A stretch of DNA of 54,366 nucleotides. Origin: a virus. Taxonomy: Duplodnaviria > Caudoviricetes. This document shows positions 45,877 to 54,085 of this stretch, in pieces. Numbering within the stretch: position 1 is the first letter of the stretch; every line of letters begins with the position of its first letter. The notes beneath the pieces are model-generated. The model did not search any database. It was not told the DNA's origin and saw nothing but the letters and a program-made list of their open reading frames with translations. The stretch lies in IMG/VR virus record IMGVR_UViG_3300009509_000539, positions 1 to 54,366 of that record; one strand, 5' to 3'. The position numbers and the translations under genes were made by a program.

Positions 45877-47208
45877 ATGTCTAAGTATGATATTGCTACA
45901 ACAATGAATAGCATCATGTCAAGCCCTGACTATCAGGCTATTTTCTCTAAGCCTCAGTTGACTAAGACCGCAGCCAAGAAGAAGGACGAAGAGGAAAAAG
46001 AAGAGAAGAAGGGTAAGGCTAAAGCTAAGAAAGAAGAAAAAGAAGAGAAGAATGGCAAAAAAGACAAGAAGGAAGATAAGAAGGACAAGAAGGACAAGAA
46101 CGATGCTTGCATGAAGCGTCGTGCTGCTCTTAGGAAGTACCAAGCTTGTGTTCAGGGTCTAGTCAGGATCTCTGAAACTCTTGATCGTGCCGGTCTCGAA
46201 AAAGAGTCCGCACTTGTGATTCTTGCTCTTGAAGGTTTGGTTAAGAAGGCAGGTCCCGTACCCACCGCTCAACAGGCGTGGACTATGGGCGAAGCTGCTG
46301 GTGGTAATGTTTACCGCATGGGCCCAAATCAATATGTTGCCGTTGATCCTTTAACAGATGAAACTTCCTGGCTAGCACCTGAATTGGCCGCACAGTACGA
46401 ACTTAACTGGCAGAGTATGAGAGGACCAGACGTTGGTATGGCTGATGATGGCGATGCTGATGATGCTAAGGATAAGAAGATGCCCCCTTGGCTAAAGGAT
46501 AAGAAGAAGGACGACGATAAGGACGACAAGGAAGAGGACGAGAAGGAAGAGAAGGAAGAGAAGGAAGAGAAGGAAGAGAAAGAGGAAAAAGAGGATAAGG
46601 ACGAAAAAGAGGATAAGGAAGAGAAGAGTGAAGACGACTGTCTAGCCGACGATTCCGCAACTGACGATACTTCTTCTGCCGATGACACTGGTGGTACCTC
46701 AGCAGCTGCTGATATTGGAGCGGCTGATGATGTCGGCGATGTCATGGATGAACTATCAGCTGATGATGAATTCTCATTCCTTTCAGTGCTAAAAGGTGAG
46801 GAAGAGGAGGAGGAAGAAGAGGAAGAAGAGGAGGAAGATGAAGGCGATGCAAATGTAGAAACATATGCAAATAACAAACCATCTCTTCGGAGTGTTTCTT
46901 CAGAATTAAAATCAGCACTTTCTCTGGTTTCTCAGGCAAAGGGAAAAGGTAAAGTTAAGGCTCGGAATAGAGGGACGGTGGTCTTCCCTGCCGAGTCCGG
47001 TTCTGTCAAGGACAATAAGGACCACTTCCCAATCAACAACGAGAATCAAGCTCGTAACGCATTAGCTCGTGCAAGCCAATACAGCTCTTCACCACCTTGG
47101 TATACCGGAAGTCTACAGTCTTTGGTAAGCAAAGTGCGCAGCGCTGTGAAAGGTAAGTACCCCAGCATCAAAGTAACTGAGAAATCCAAGAAGCCAGGAA
47201 AGGGCTAA
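45877..47208 (+). CDS. low-complexity charged protein with conserved-looking C-terminal domain
   Basis: K/E/D blocks; C-terminal DHFPINNENQARNALAR domain (resembles DUF6582-type motif, from memory); KTA and KKA motifs. Confidence 0.7.
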   Translation: MSKYDIATTMNSIMSSPDYQAIFSKPQLTKTAAKKKDEEEKEEKKGKAKAKKEEKEEKNGKKDKKEDKKDKKDKNDACMKRRAALRKYQACVQGLVRISETLDRAGLEKESALVILALEGLVKKAGPVPTAQQAWTMGEAAGGNVYRMGPNQYVAVDPLTDETSWLAPELAAQYELNWQSMRGPDVGMADDGDADDAKDKKMPPWLKDKKKDDDKDDKEEDEKEEKEEKEEKEEKEEKEDKDEKEDKEEKSEDDCLADDSATDDTSSADDTGGTSAAADIGAADDVGDVMDELSADDEFSFLSVLKGEEEEEEEEEEEEEDEGDANVETYANNKPSLRSVSSELKSALSLVSQAKGKGKVKARNRGTVVFPAESGSVKDNKDHFPINNENQARNALARASQYSSSPPWYTGSLQSLVSKVRSAVKGKYPSIKVTEKSKKPGKG

Positions 47209-47209
47209 T

Positions 47210-47425
47210 ATGAAAAAGTTTGCAGCGGACATCGAGCGGAACATGGCGTTTCTGATGAGTAAGGATCTGAAAAGGTCTTTGAGTCAGGGTGATGCCGTTG
47301 CGCACTTGCAGAAGGCGAGAAACCTGCTTGAGAATCTAGGGCTCAAAACTCATAGTCAAGCAATCAACACAATTATCAAAAGAGCAACTGAAGTTGATGA
47401 TAGCAATATTGAGGTAACTCTATGA
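47210..47425 (+). CDS. small hypothetical protein
   Basis: 71 aa; MKKFA start; helix-Gly-helix module. Confidence 0.65.
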   Translation: MKKFAADIERNMAFLMSKDLKRSLSQGDAVAHLQKARNLLENLGLKTHSQAINTIIKRATEVDDSNIEVTL

Positions 47426-47739
47426 TTTTCAAGCGGGGATCTTGTGAGCAGGAGCTTTTCGAAGGGATGCAAGAAGCCCAAGTCGAAGCTGTTGCTGAAG
47501 AGAGATATAAAAATCAACAACTATTCCTCGAAGCAATGCAGGAATTAAATGCAGCTGCTGAGAGCTTTGAGAAGGCGGGCCGTGTATCCCGAGCAAAGGA
47601 AGTTACACAAGTAATGATGTCATTAGCAGATGACACAAATGAGACGGATGATTCAGAAAAATCTGATATGGACGAGGTAAAAAAGGTATTTATGTTCTTT
47701 GGATTCGGCCCGGACGATCTCAAAGGGCTAGATGATTAA
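47422..47739 (+). CDS. small hypothetical protein
   Basis: GAGGT RBS; helix-Gly-helix module. Confidence 0.7.
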   Translation: MIFKRGSCEQELFEGMQEAQVEAVAEERYKNQQLFLEAMQELNAAAESFEKAGRVSRAKEVTQVMMSLADDTNETDDSEKSDMDEVKKVFMFFGFGPDDLKGLDD

Positions 47740-47756
47740 TCTGGTTGGAGGATAAA

Positions 47757-48197
47757 ATGACTACAGACAGACGAGAGATTGCTAAGAAGGCCGCTAAAGA
47801 AGCCGCTCTAGCTACATACGAAGCAGTTATCAATGCGCCTGTACGCAAGGTCGCTGGAACCAATAATTACAGGAATCCTGATTTCAAGGACGTTGCCAAG
47901 GCTGCTGCTGCCGCTGCTTACAATAGCGTCATAAAGCAGGCTCAAGGACTAGCGGCTGCGCCTCCTCCACCTGATCCCATTGGTGGTGCGGCAAGACCGC
48001 TTGGCATCCGTCTAAGAATGGAGCCGAATCCTAATGCTCCCACTATTGCTACTGCAATGGAGTCACCTGGCACGCCAGTCAATCTAGATGCGGTTGAGGC
48101 CGAATGGCCGAGAGTCACTGCCGCTACTGATCTGTTCAGCCCGGAGGAAATCGCTCAGATGCAAAGGGAGCTGAGGACCGCTGGAGCAAGAGTTTAA
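47757..48197 (+). CDS. Ala-rich hypothetical protein with short internal repeat
   Basis: GGAGGA RBS; REIAKKAAKEAALATYEAVI..RKVA and KDVAKAAAAAAYNSVIKQA. Confidence 0.7.
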   Translation: MTTDRREIAKKAAKEAALATYEAVINAPVRKVAGTNNYRNPDFKDVAKAAAAAAYNSVIKQAQGLAAAPPPPDPIGGAARPLGIRLRMEPNPNAPTIATAMESPGTPVNLDAVEAEWPRVTAATDLFSPEEIAQMQRELRTAGARV

Positions 48198-48217
48198 AAA
48201 GTCCAATAATTCAGATT

Positions 48218-48246
48218 ACAAAGCCCCGGTTACGCCGGGGCTTTGT
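48218..48246 (+). terminator. probable intrinsic terminator
   Basis: Perfect 12-bp stem ACAAAGCCCCGG-ttacg-CCGGGGCTTTGT. Confidence 0.75.
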
Positions 48247-48293
48247 GCGTTATATCTACAATTGTATGCGAATACTCTCGCATCGAGGTGGAT

Positions 48294-48986
48294 ATGTCAC
48301 TTAAGATTGTACAAATCGGCAACTCGATTCCAGTCTCCTATCCGGTTGATTCTGTAGCAGAATTTGAGCCCGGCATGATTGCCCAGTTTTATATGCGAGG
48401 CAATCAGATTGTCTGCGGCGTCAGCGATGGTAGAGCACCTTTTGGAATCATAGACGACTTTAAAACGCGAGCTTTTACAGCACCATCTATCGATGAAGAG
48501 GTAATTGCCTCAGCTCCCGCTGTGGATATGAATGGCCAGTTAGTTACTCCGATAGATGTTAAATGGGAATTACGTAACCCAAACGTTATCCCATCAAGCT
48601 TTCTCACATCCCCAGTTGATGTGCATTTAATTCCGCGCAATGGTGTGATTGTTTTTCCCGCCGGAACGCCACTTAACTTCGACCTGGATGGCGATGGTGT
48701 TCCAGATTGTATCAGAACAGTCGTTAGCTATACGTATCAAATTCCTAACGTTTCGGGCGATGATTCTACTGCGGGTAGTGGTAGAATTACTGTTTGGTTC
48801 CAAAGAGGAATTTTCCAAACAGATATGTATGAGACTAATCAACGATATCCATTGAACAGTATTCTGTTTGTATCGGAAAATGGGCGGCTTACTACTTCGC
48901 AACCCACGGATGAATATCCCGGTGTAGCGATGGTAACAGGACCACCAGTCGCAGCATTCAGTACGCTCGAATTTATGTGGTTATAA
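48294..48986 (+). CDS. putative capsid decoration/structural protein
   Basis: GAGGTGG RBS; beta-rich; FEPGMIAQ, GIIDD, LFVSENGRLTT, VAMVTGPP pattern reminiscent of decoration-type proteins; preceded by AATA-ctctc-GCAT. Confidence 0.55.
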   Translation: MSLKIVQIGNSIPVSYPVDSVAEFEPGMIAQFYMRGNQIVCGVSDGRAPFGIIDDFKTRAFTAPSIDEEVIASAPAVDMNGQLVTPIDVKWELRNPNVIPSSFLTSPVDVHLIPRNGVIVFPAGTPLNFDLDGDGVPDCIRTVVSYTYQIPNVSGDDSTAGSGRITVWFQRGIFQTDMYETNQRYPLNSILFVSENGRLTTSQPTDEYPGVAMVTGPPVAAFSTLEFMWL

Positions 48987-49014
48987 AATCCTTAATGATT
49001 ACAAGTATTTAGCT

Positions 49015-49632
49015 ATGAAAGAGTATGATTTTAAGGTAGGAGCGGGGCGAGTTTGCTCAAAATGCAAGGTGTATAAGACATCCAAGTATTTTTGGAAACA
49101 GAGAAGCGCTAAGGATGGGCTCTATTCTTGCTGTATTCTTTGCAAGAAAAATATGGAATCTACGGATGCACGCAAAGCTAATCAGCGAAAATGTAAGAGT
49201 GATTGGGTTAAAAGAAATAACAGGCGCTCTCTGGATAACTGGAATAGATGGGATAAGAAAAAAAGAGCACAAGATCCTGCATACAAACTGCGGCGTAATG
49301 TTAAAAATGCAATTCTAGCTTCCGTGAAAAATAGATCATTCAATTCCAAATTGAAACGGCTCAAGGACACTATTTTTGACCACCTACCTTACTCATCAGT
49401 TGAGTTAAAAGTTTATATTGAATCTTTATGGGAACCATGGATGAATTGGAGCAACCATGGTAGGTATAATCCAAGAAGAAAGACTTGGCAAATTGATCAT
49501 ATCATACCCCAAAGTAAGTTGCCGTTCAGTTTATTTGAGGACGATAATTTTCAAGAGCTGTGGGCGCTAAAAAATCTACGACCACTTGAGACTGTTGCCA
49601 ACATAAAGAAGGGCAACAAGGTGGCATTATGA
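49015..49632 (+). CDS. HNH homing endonuclease
   Basis: N-terminal CSKC..KDG..CILC; WEPWMNWSNHG, WQIDHIIP, NLRPL..ANIKKGNK. Confidence 0.85.
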   Translation: MKEYDFKVGAGRVCSKCKVYKTSKYFWKQRSAKDGLYSCCILCKKNMESTDARKANQRKCKSDWVKRNNRRSLDNWNRWDKKKRAQDPAYKLRRNVKNAILASVKNRSFNSKLKRLKDTIFDHLPYSSVELKVYIESLWEPWMNWSNHGRYNPRRKTWQIDHIIPQSKLPFSLFEDDNFQELWALKNLRPLETVANIKKGNKVAL

Positions 49633-50039
49633 AAGTCAAATTCAGACTGGTAGAGTCTGAGAACCCATTCCCAATGAGATTTCCGGTCAAGCCGGGCGTC
49701 AAGCTTATGCCCGGCGATGTAGTTAAGATTGTCACTTATCAGGATGATCTAGTCGCCGATAAGTGTGATGGATACAATGCTTTAGGACTTCTTGGTAATA
49801 AATGTGTCGGGGATGAGGGGATTGATTACACTATCCAGGCCCAAATCTATCCTCAGCGAATGATAGCTGACGTGGGAAGGTTCGATCGAAAGAACAAAAT
49901 CGGAATTGGGAGTTCATTGTATTGTAATAAGCGTGGTGTTCTCAGTAGTAAGAAGCCGTATCTGGGTGCGATGGTACTAGCAAAAGTGATTACCCCAGCC
50001 AACGAAGAAAAGAGCCATATGCAGATTTTGTGGCTTTAA
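49629..50039 (+). CDS. paralog of the 48294 structural protein
   Basis: P..FPV.P...L.PG, LGLLG, LYCNKRGVLSS, AKVITP; both proteins end in WL. Confidence 0.6.
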   Translation: MKVKFRLVESENPFPMRFPVKPGVKLMPGDVVKIVTYQDDLVADKCDGYNALGLLGNKCVGDEGIDYTIQAQIYPQRMIADVGRFDRKNKIGIGSSLYCNKRGVLSSKKPYLGAMVLAKVITPANEEKSHMQILWL

Positions 50040-50103
50040 ACAACAACGCATAGCAAGGCATAATGATAGACTTTTTGCCATACCCATAGCGAAGGTGTTG
50101 CCC

Positions 50104-50427
50104 ATGATGGACCCGGTTTACAAGGAATTTTTCACCGATCGTCAGACACAGCGAGTTCTCAATAGCTCGGAAGTCTGGCGTAATTACTCACAAGCCGAGT
50201 TGGCTTACGATGAGATTCGTGCCAAACAAGCTGAGGAAGAGCGGCTTGATCGAGAAAATCAATTAATGGCTGATGTGGAGGCGGTCCGCCAGAAGGTGGC
50301 AAGCAACCCAAAGCTAAAGGCGTATCTCAAGAAGGTGGCTAATCTTCTTGAACAGCAACCAGAGCTGAAAGCAAAGGTAGATCCCAATTTCATCAGGGGT
50401 CTAGAGTTGCTTGACCTTGAGGACTAA
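50104..50427 (+). CDS. hypothetical protein
   Basis: AAGGTG RBS; preceded by CATA-gcaag-GCATA. Confidence 0.65.
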   Translation: MMDPVYKEFFTDRQTQRVLNSSEVWRNYSQAELAYDEIRAKQAEEERLDRENQLMADVEAVRQKVASNPKLKAYLKKVANLLEQQPELKAKVDPNFIRGLELLDLED

Positions 50428-50428
50428 C

Positions 50429-52207
50429 ATGGTGATTGCAAAGTACACAGACAACCTATACGCATCTGAAGTATACCGTGAGCTTGAGCGTCAGGCAGTC
50501 CGCAAGGGACAATTCAAGCCTACTGATGAAGAGTTGGTCAAGCTCGCTGCACAACAGATTAACCAGGAAAAACCAGAACCACCCCTCAGTGCTGAGCCAT
50601 CCGATGATCTAGTACAGGATGTTGCTCGCCTTGCTTATGCCATGCGGCGTAAGGGATTTGTTGCTCAAGCGGAAGATCTTGAGCAGAAACTTCTTTTGTA
50701 CAAGACAGCTGAGTCTGCCCTGTACAATGTCACTCCTGAGTCCAATATGGATTTCGTTCACTTCTCTCATCGGGATGGTGATGTGGAAATCATCGAAGGT
50801 TCTGGAGAGCTTGGAACTGTAGAGACGATTGACAGTCTGGCAAAGAAGATTCGAGATATTGCTGAGAAGGAGCCATCGGGAAAAGCCCCGGGTAAGTCCG
50901 CTTCTTTAGAGGAGCTAGCAGCTTTGATTAAGGAAGCTGCGAGCGAATTTGCAAACGTATATAGAACAATCAATGAAAAGATTGATGCTTTTCCTCTGAT
51001 TAGCGGATTGGGATTGACATTTGCCGGAAAGAATTTCGTCACTGATACGGCTGCCAGAGATTTGTATGTAAAGCTAGCTAAGAAAGATGTGGCTACTGTA
51101 CAGAGGGCCGCAGAGATGTATCGCTGGATGTTATCAAAGGGGTTCAGAGAACTGACTCATCCCGAGTTTCTAGCGTTCATTCAAAAGAACCTTGAAAATG
51201 CCAATCCAGTTAGAGAAGTCGCTAATAAGTTTGGTGTTGAAATCCAATCAATGAATGGCGTCTCGGGTTATACATTTGGTGGTAAAGAAGTATATACACT
51301 TTCGGACTTAACGGCAAAATATCCCGAGCGAGATAACTCCAAACTAGCGCAGTTCAATCCGAATTCAATCTATTTGCAAACTCTTAGACTTTATGGTACC
51401 GCAGATAAGGGAACCAATACTCCTGTTGGATGGATGCTAAATAGTCAAAAAGCATCTGATTATGCAGAAAGGCTCCGTCAGGCATACTACACGAATTTCA
51501 GTGATCCGGCATATGGTGCATATTTTGCCGATTTGAATAAGGCAAATGAGTTAATCAAGGGTCTTCCCGGTCAAATGTACAATAGAGTGAGGGGTGCTAG
51601 GGTAAAAGATCCTGGTAAGGTGAGGGATAGATTTGGAGCTATTGATCTGGATAAAGCCTTAAAACCAGTTTTTGATTCTCAGAAGGCAATCAATAACGCA
51701 CTGAATAGTAACGAAGGAAAATGGACCATTGCAGGTTTGGGAGCATTAGGTTACAAAGAGCATGCAGATACGATTCGTAAATGGGGTGAAGAGATACTAA
51801 CCACTACGTTTCCAGAGGCGCAGACTGCTATTAGCGGTAAAGAAGTAGAGGTAGTAGATATTTCTCCAGCTTTTGCAAAGATGGATGAAGCTATTCGGTT
51901 CTGGAATGAGACTGGCCGTCTTACAAGGGATCCAAATGTAAAAGCAGGGGCTGGGAGAAACATTGATCAAGTAGAAGCACTCCGCACGGCAATCAGTGGC
52001 GTTGGTTTGGAAGGTAGCGCTCGTAAGTCCCGTGACCAGTTGGATAAACAATTGTCTGCTAATGATTATGCCAGTTTCCGTGAGTTACTTGCTGATTTGG
52101 ATACGGTAATAGAGCGAGCCAAAGCTGACAGGGATAAAGCTGTTTACCAACAAGAAGAGGCGAGAGTTAAGCGACAGGTACAAGAAGAAGGTGGTACATG
52201 GAGATGA
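50429..52207 (+). CDS. hypothetical head-region protein
   Basis: GAGGA RBS before ATG 50429; VKLA, YKTA, GKSA and IKEA motifs within the first 170 aa. Confidence 0.7.
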   Translation: MVIAKYTDNLYASEVYRELERQAVRKGQFKPTDEELVKLAAQQINQEKPEPPLSAEPSDDLVQDVARLAYAMRRKGFVAQAEDLEQKLLLYKTAESALYNVTPESNMDFVHFSHRDGDVEIIEGSGELGTVETIDSLAKKIRDIAEKEPSGKAPGKSASLEELAALIKEAASEFANVYRTINEKIDAFPLISGLGLTFAGKNFVTDTAARDLYVKLAKKDVATVQRAAEMYRWMLSKGFRELTHPEFLAFIQKNLENANPVREVANKFGVEIQSMNGVSGYTFGGKEVYTLSDLTAKYPERDNSKLAQFNPNSIYLQTLRLYGTADKGTNTPVGWMLNSQKASDYAERLRQAYYTNFSDPAYGAYFADLNKANELIKGLPGQMYNRVRGARVKDPGKVRDRFGAIDLDKALKPVFDSQKAINNALNSNEGKWTIAGLGALGYKEHADTIRKWGEEILTTTFPEAQTAISGKEVEVVDISPAFAKMDEAIRFWNETGRLTRDPNVKAGAGRNIDQVEALRTAISGVGLEGSARKSRDQLDKQLSANDYASFRELLADLDTVIERAKADRDKAVYQQEEARVKRQVQEEGGTWR

Positions 52208-54075
52208 AAAAAAGCGCAAAGCTAAGTGATAAGACCCCATCTGCTTTCACTGGAGGAGCACCTGCTCGCCCAGTAACTGGTCCTGGTGCAGCCCGGACTC
52301 GTCCAAGTGGTCGGGGTGGAGTAGCTGCGGCGAAGGCTCGGGGTATCTCTGACAAGCAAGCTAGTACTGTTGCCACTATGCAGAAAGTAATGAGTAAACT
52401 CAATACAGAACTGCAAAATACGAGTAAAGCAGAAAAAGCTCTTCAAGCTATCACACCTGAAGGTGGACAAGCTCCTCAGAATTATCAGAGTGCCAAAGCT
52501 ATTTCGGATGAGGCTCGCTGGTGGGGACAAACTGGCAGGGGAAGTTTGACCCATGCTGATGGTATTTGGGGTCCGAATACTAAGAAAGCTCTCGCGAGAA
52601 TCAAGCAATTTATTGCTGATACAAAGATTCAAGGTGTCCTAATCCAAGAAGGCGAAGGCGAGCGTCCATATGGAGAAATGGATGATGCAGCTATCATCAA
52701 GATGGCTGATGACAATATCGTCAACCTTGGTCGCTTGTTTGATAAACTTGGTATGGATGTACCTGTTGCAGCCAAAGGTCGTGGTGGCTCGGGATTCATT
52801 CTCGATCAGGTTCCCCGCGAATTATCAGCAGAAGCTGCTACTTCTAAGGAGCCATGGCCGACGTTTTGGGGTGAAGTGCCAATCACCGTAGGTGATTTAG
52901 TTAGTTTTGATCGATTCTTCCAATTTCTTGAAGGTCTAACTTATACAGCTTGTAAGCCTTTAGAGGGTCGAGAGCTTGAAGCATTTGATCGTTCCCACAA
53001 AGAGAAAAGAAAGAAGCCAGGCAGGCGGGATTTTGGATTTGCTGACGATGGAGAGATTCAACAGTTAGCTGAAGAGGTTCTCAGTAATTCGATTTGGAAG
53101 TTTGCTGTACCAACTGGTCAGTTAGATATCAATGACGCCGAACCAGAAGCGGAACCAGAGGTAAAGCCGGAAGCAGAACCGGCAGAAGAGAAAAAACCGA
53201 CTATTAAAGAAGAGATGGCAGCTGGTCGAATAAAGGATCCCTGGGCTGGGAAGATAGGGGTTCTTTGTTTCTATACCATCGATGACATGCTCAAATGGTT
53301 CTATAGCCGAGCAAGGATGGTTTATGGTCAGTTGTATACATTGAGTCAAGAATCAGCACCACATCCTGTTCGTAAAGGACCCGGTGGTACACCTGTTGGT
53401 ATCAGTGAACAAGATTTAAGAGCTGCAAATTCTTATTTAGCGGCTGTTGAAAAGTGGCGAAGATTTTGGGGACGTATCAAGCCTCGTATTCTCGAAATGA
53501 TTCAGGATTCAAAACACCCAGTTGTTACGATTGAGATGATTATTGAAGCTGGTGCTGGTGAGCTTGGTGGTGCTGAGCCAGGTGGTCCTGGAGCAGGTCG
53601 TTCTCGTCCAGGTGCGGGCGGAGGAGGAATCACTATTCCTGGCGAGGTAACTTATGATGAGGTTGCAGCCAAGGGACCAGTCGATGAAAATATGCCTTTT
53701 CAGCGTTTGGTTGATATTGGATTCAAATTCAACTCCGAGGGTGATTTAAGATCAAGAACGCTCGGCGGTCGATTACCAGATATCAATCGAAGATCTTGGC
53801 GTCGTAACTGGAAGCATATCGCTTTGGCAAATGTTGCTGGCGATACAGATACTGAGAGACTTCGAAAATTCCCAACCTGGGCAAGGGTAGTTCGTGAGGC
53901 GATTAGAGAATTGTATGCAGATTGGCGTGAACAGTTTGGTTCAGAAACAGATCCTGGCGTCATAGCTCAACAGAACGATCAATGGGCTCAATGGGGAAAT
54001 ACTATCCGGTCGGCGATTTATCGTGCACACAGAGATATGCCGTATGCTTTAGCTGAAGCTGAGGGTAAGGTATAA
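52198..54075 (+). CDS. hypothetical protein with a peptidoglycan-binding-like motif
   Basis: ADGIWGPNTKKAL resembles the PG_binding_1 DG.wGp.T..Al motif. Confidence 0.6.
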   Translation: MEMKKSAKLSDKTPSAFTGGAPARPVTGPGAARTRPSGRGGVAAAKARGISDKQASTVATMQKVMSKLNTELQNTSKAEKALQAITPEGGQAPQNYQSAKAISDEARWWGQTGRGSLTHADGIWGPNTKKALARIKQFIADTKIQGVLIQEGEGERPYGEMDDAAIIKMADDNIVNLGRLFDKLGMDVPVAAKGRGGSGFILDQVPRELSAEAATSKEPWPTFWGEVPITVGDLVSFDRFFQFLEGLTYTACKPLEGRELEAFDRSHKEKRKKPGRRDFGFADDGEIQQLAEEVLSNSIWKFAVPTGQLDINDAEPEAEPEVKPEAEPAEEKKPTIKEEMAAGRIKDPWAGKIGVLCFYTIDDMLKWFYSRARMVYGQLYTLSQESAPHPVRKGPGGTPVGISEQDLRAANSYLAAVEKWRRFWGRIKPRILEMIQDSKHPVVTIEMIIEAGAGELGGAEPGGPGAGRSRPGAGGGGITIPGEVTYDEVAAKGPVDENMPFQRLVDIGFKFNSEGDLRSRTLGGRLPDINRRSWRRNWKHIALANVAGDTDTERLRKFPTWARVVREAIRELYADWREQFGSETDPGVIAQQNDQWAQWGNTIRSAIYRAHRDMPYALAEAEGKV

Positions 54076-54085
54076 ACGGAGACAA

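Noticed and set aside
46500-46840. GAAGAGAAG-type tandem repeats as a CRISPR or satellite array
   Set aside because: They are in-frame codon repeats for EEK and poly-E with no unique spacers.
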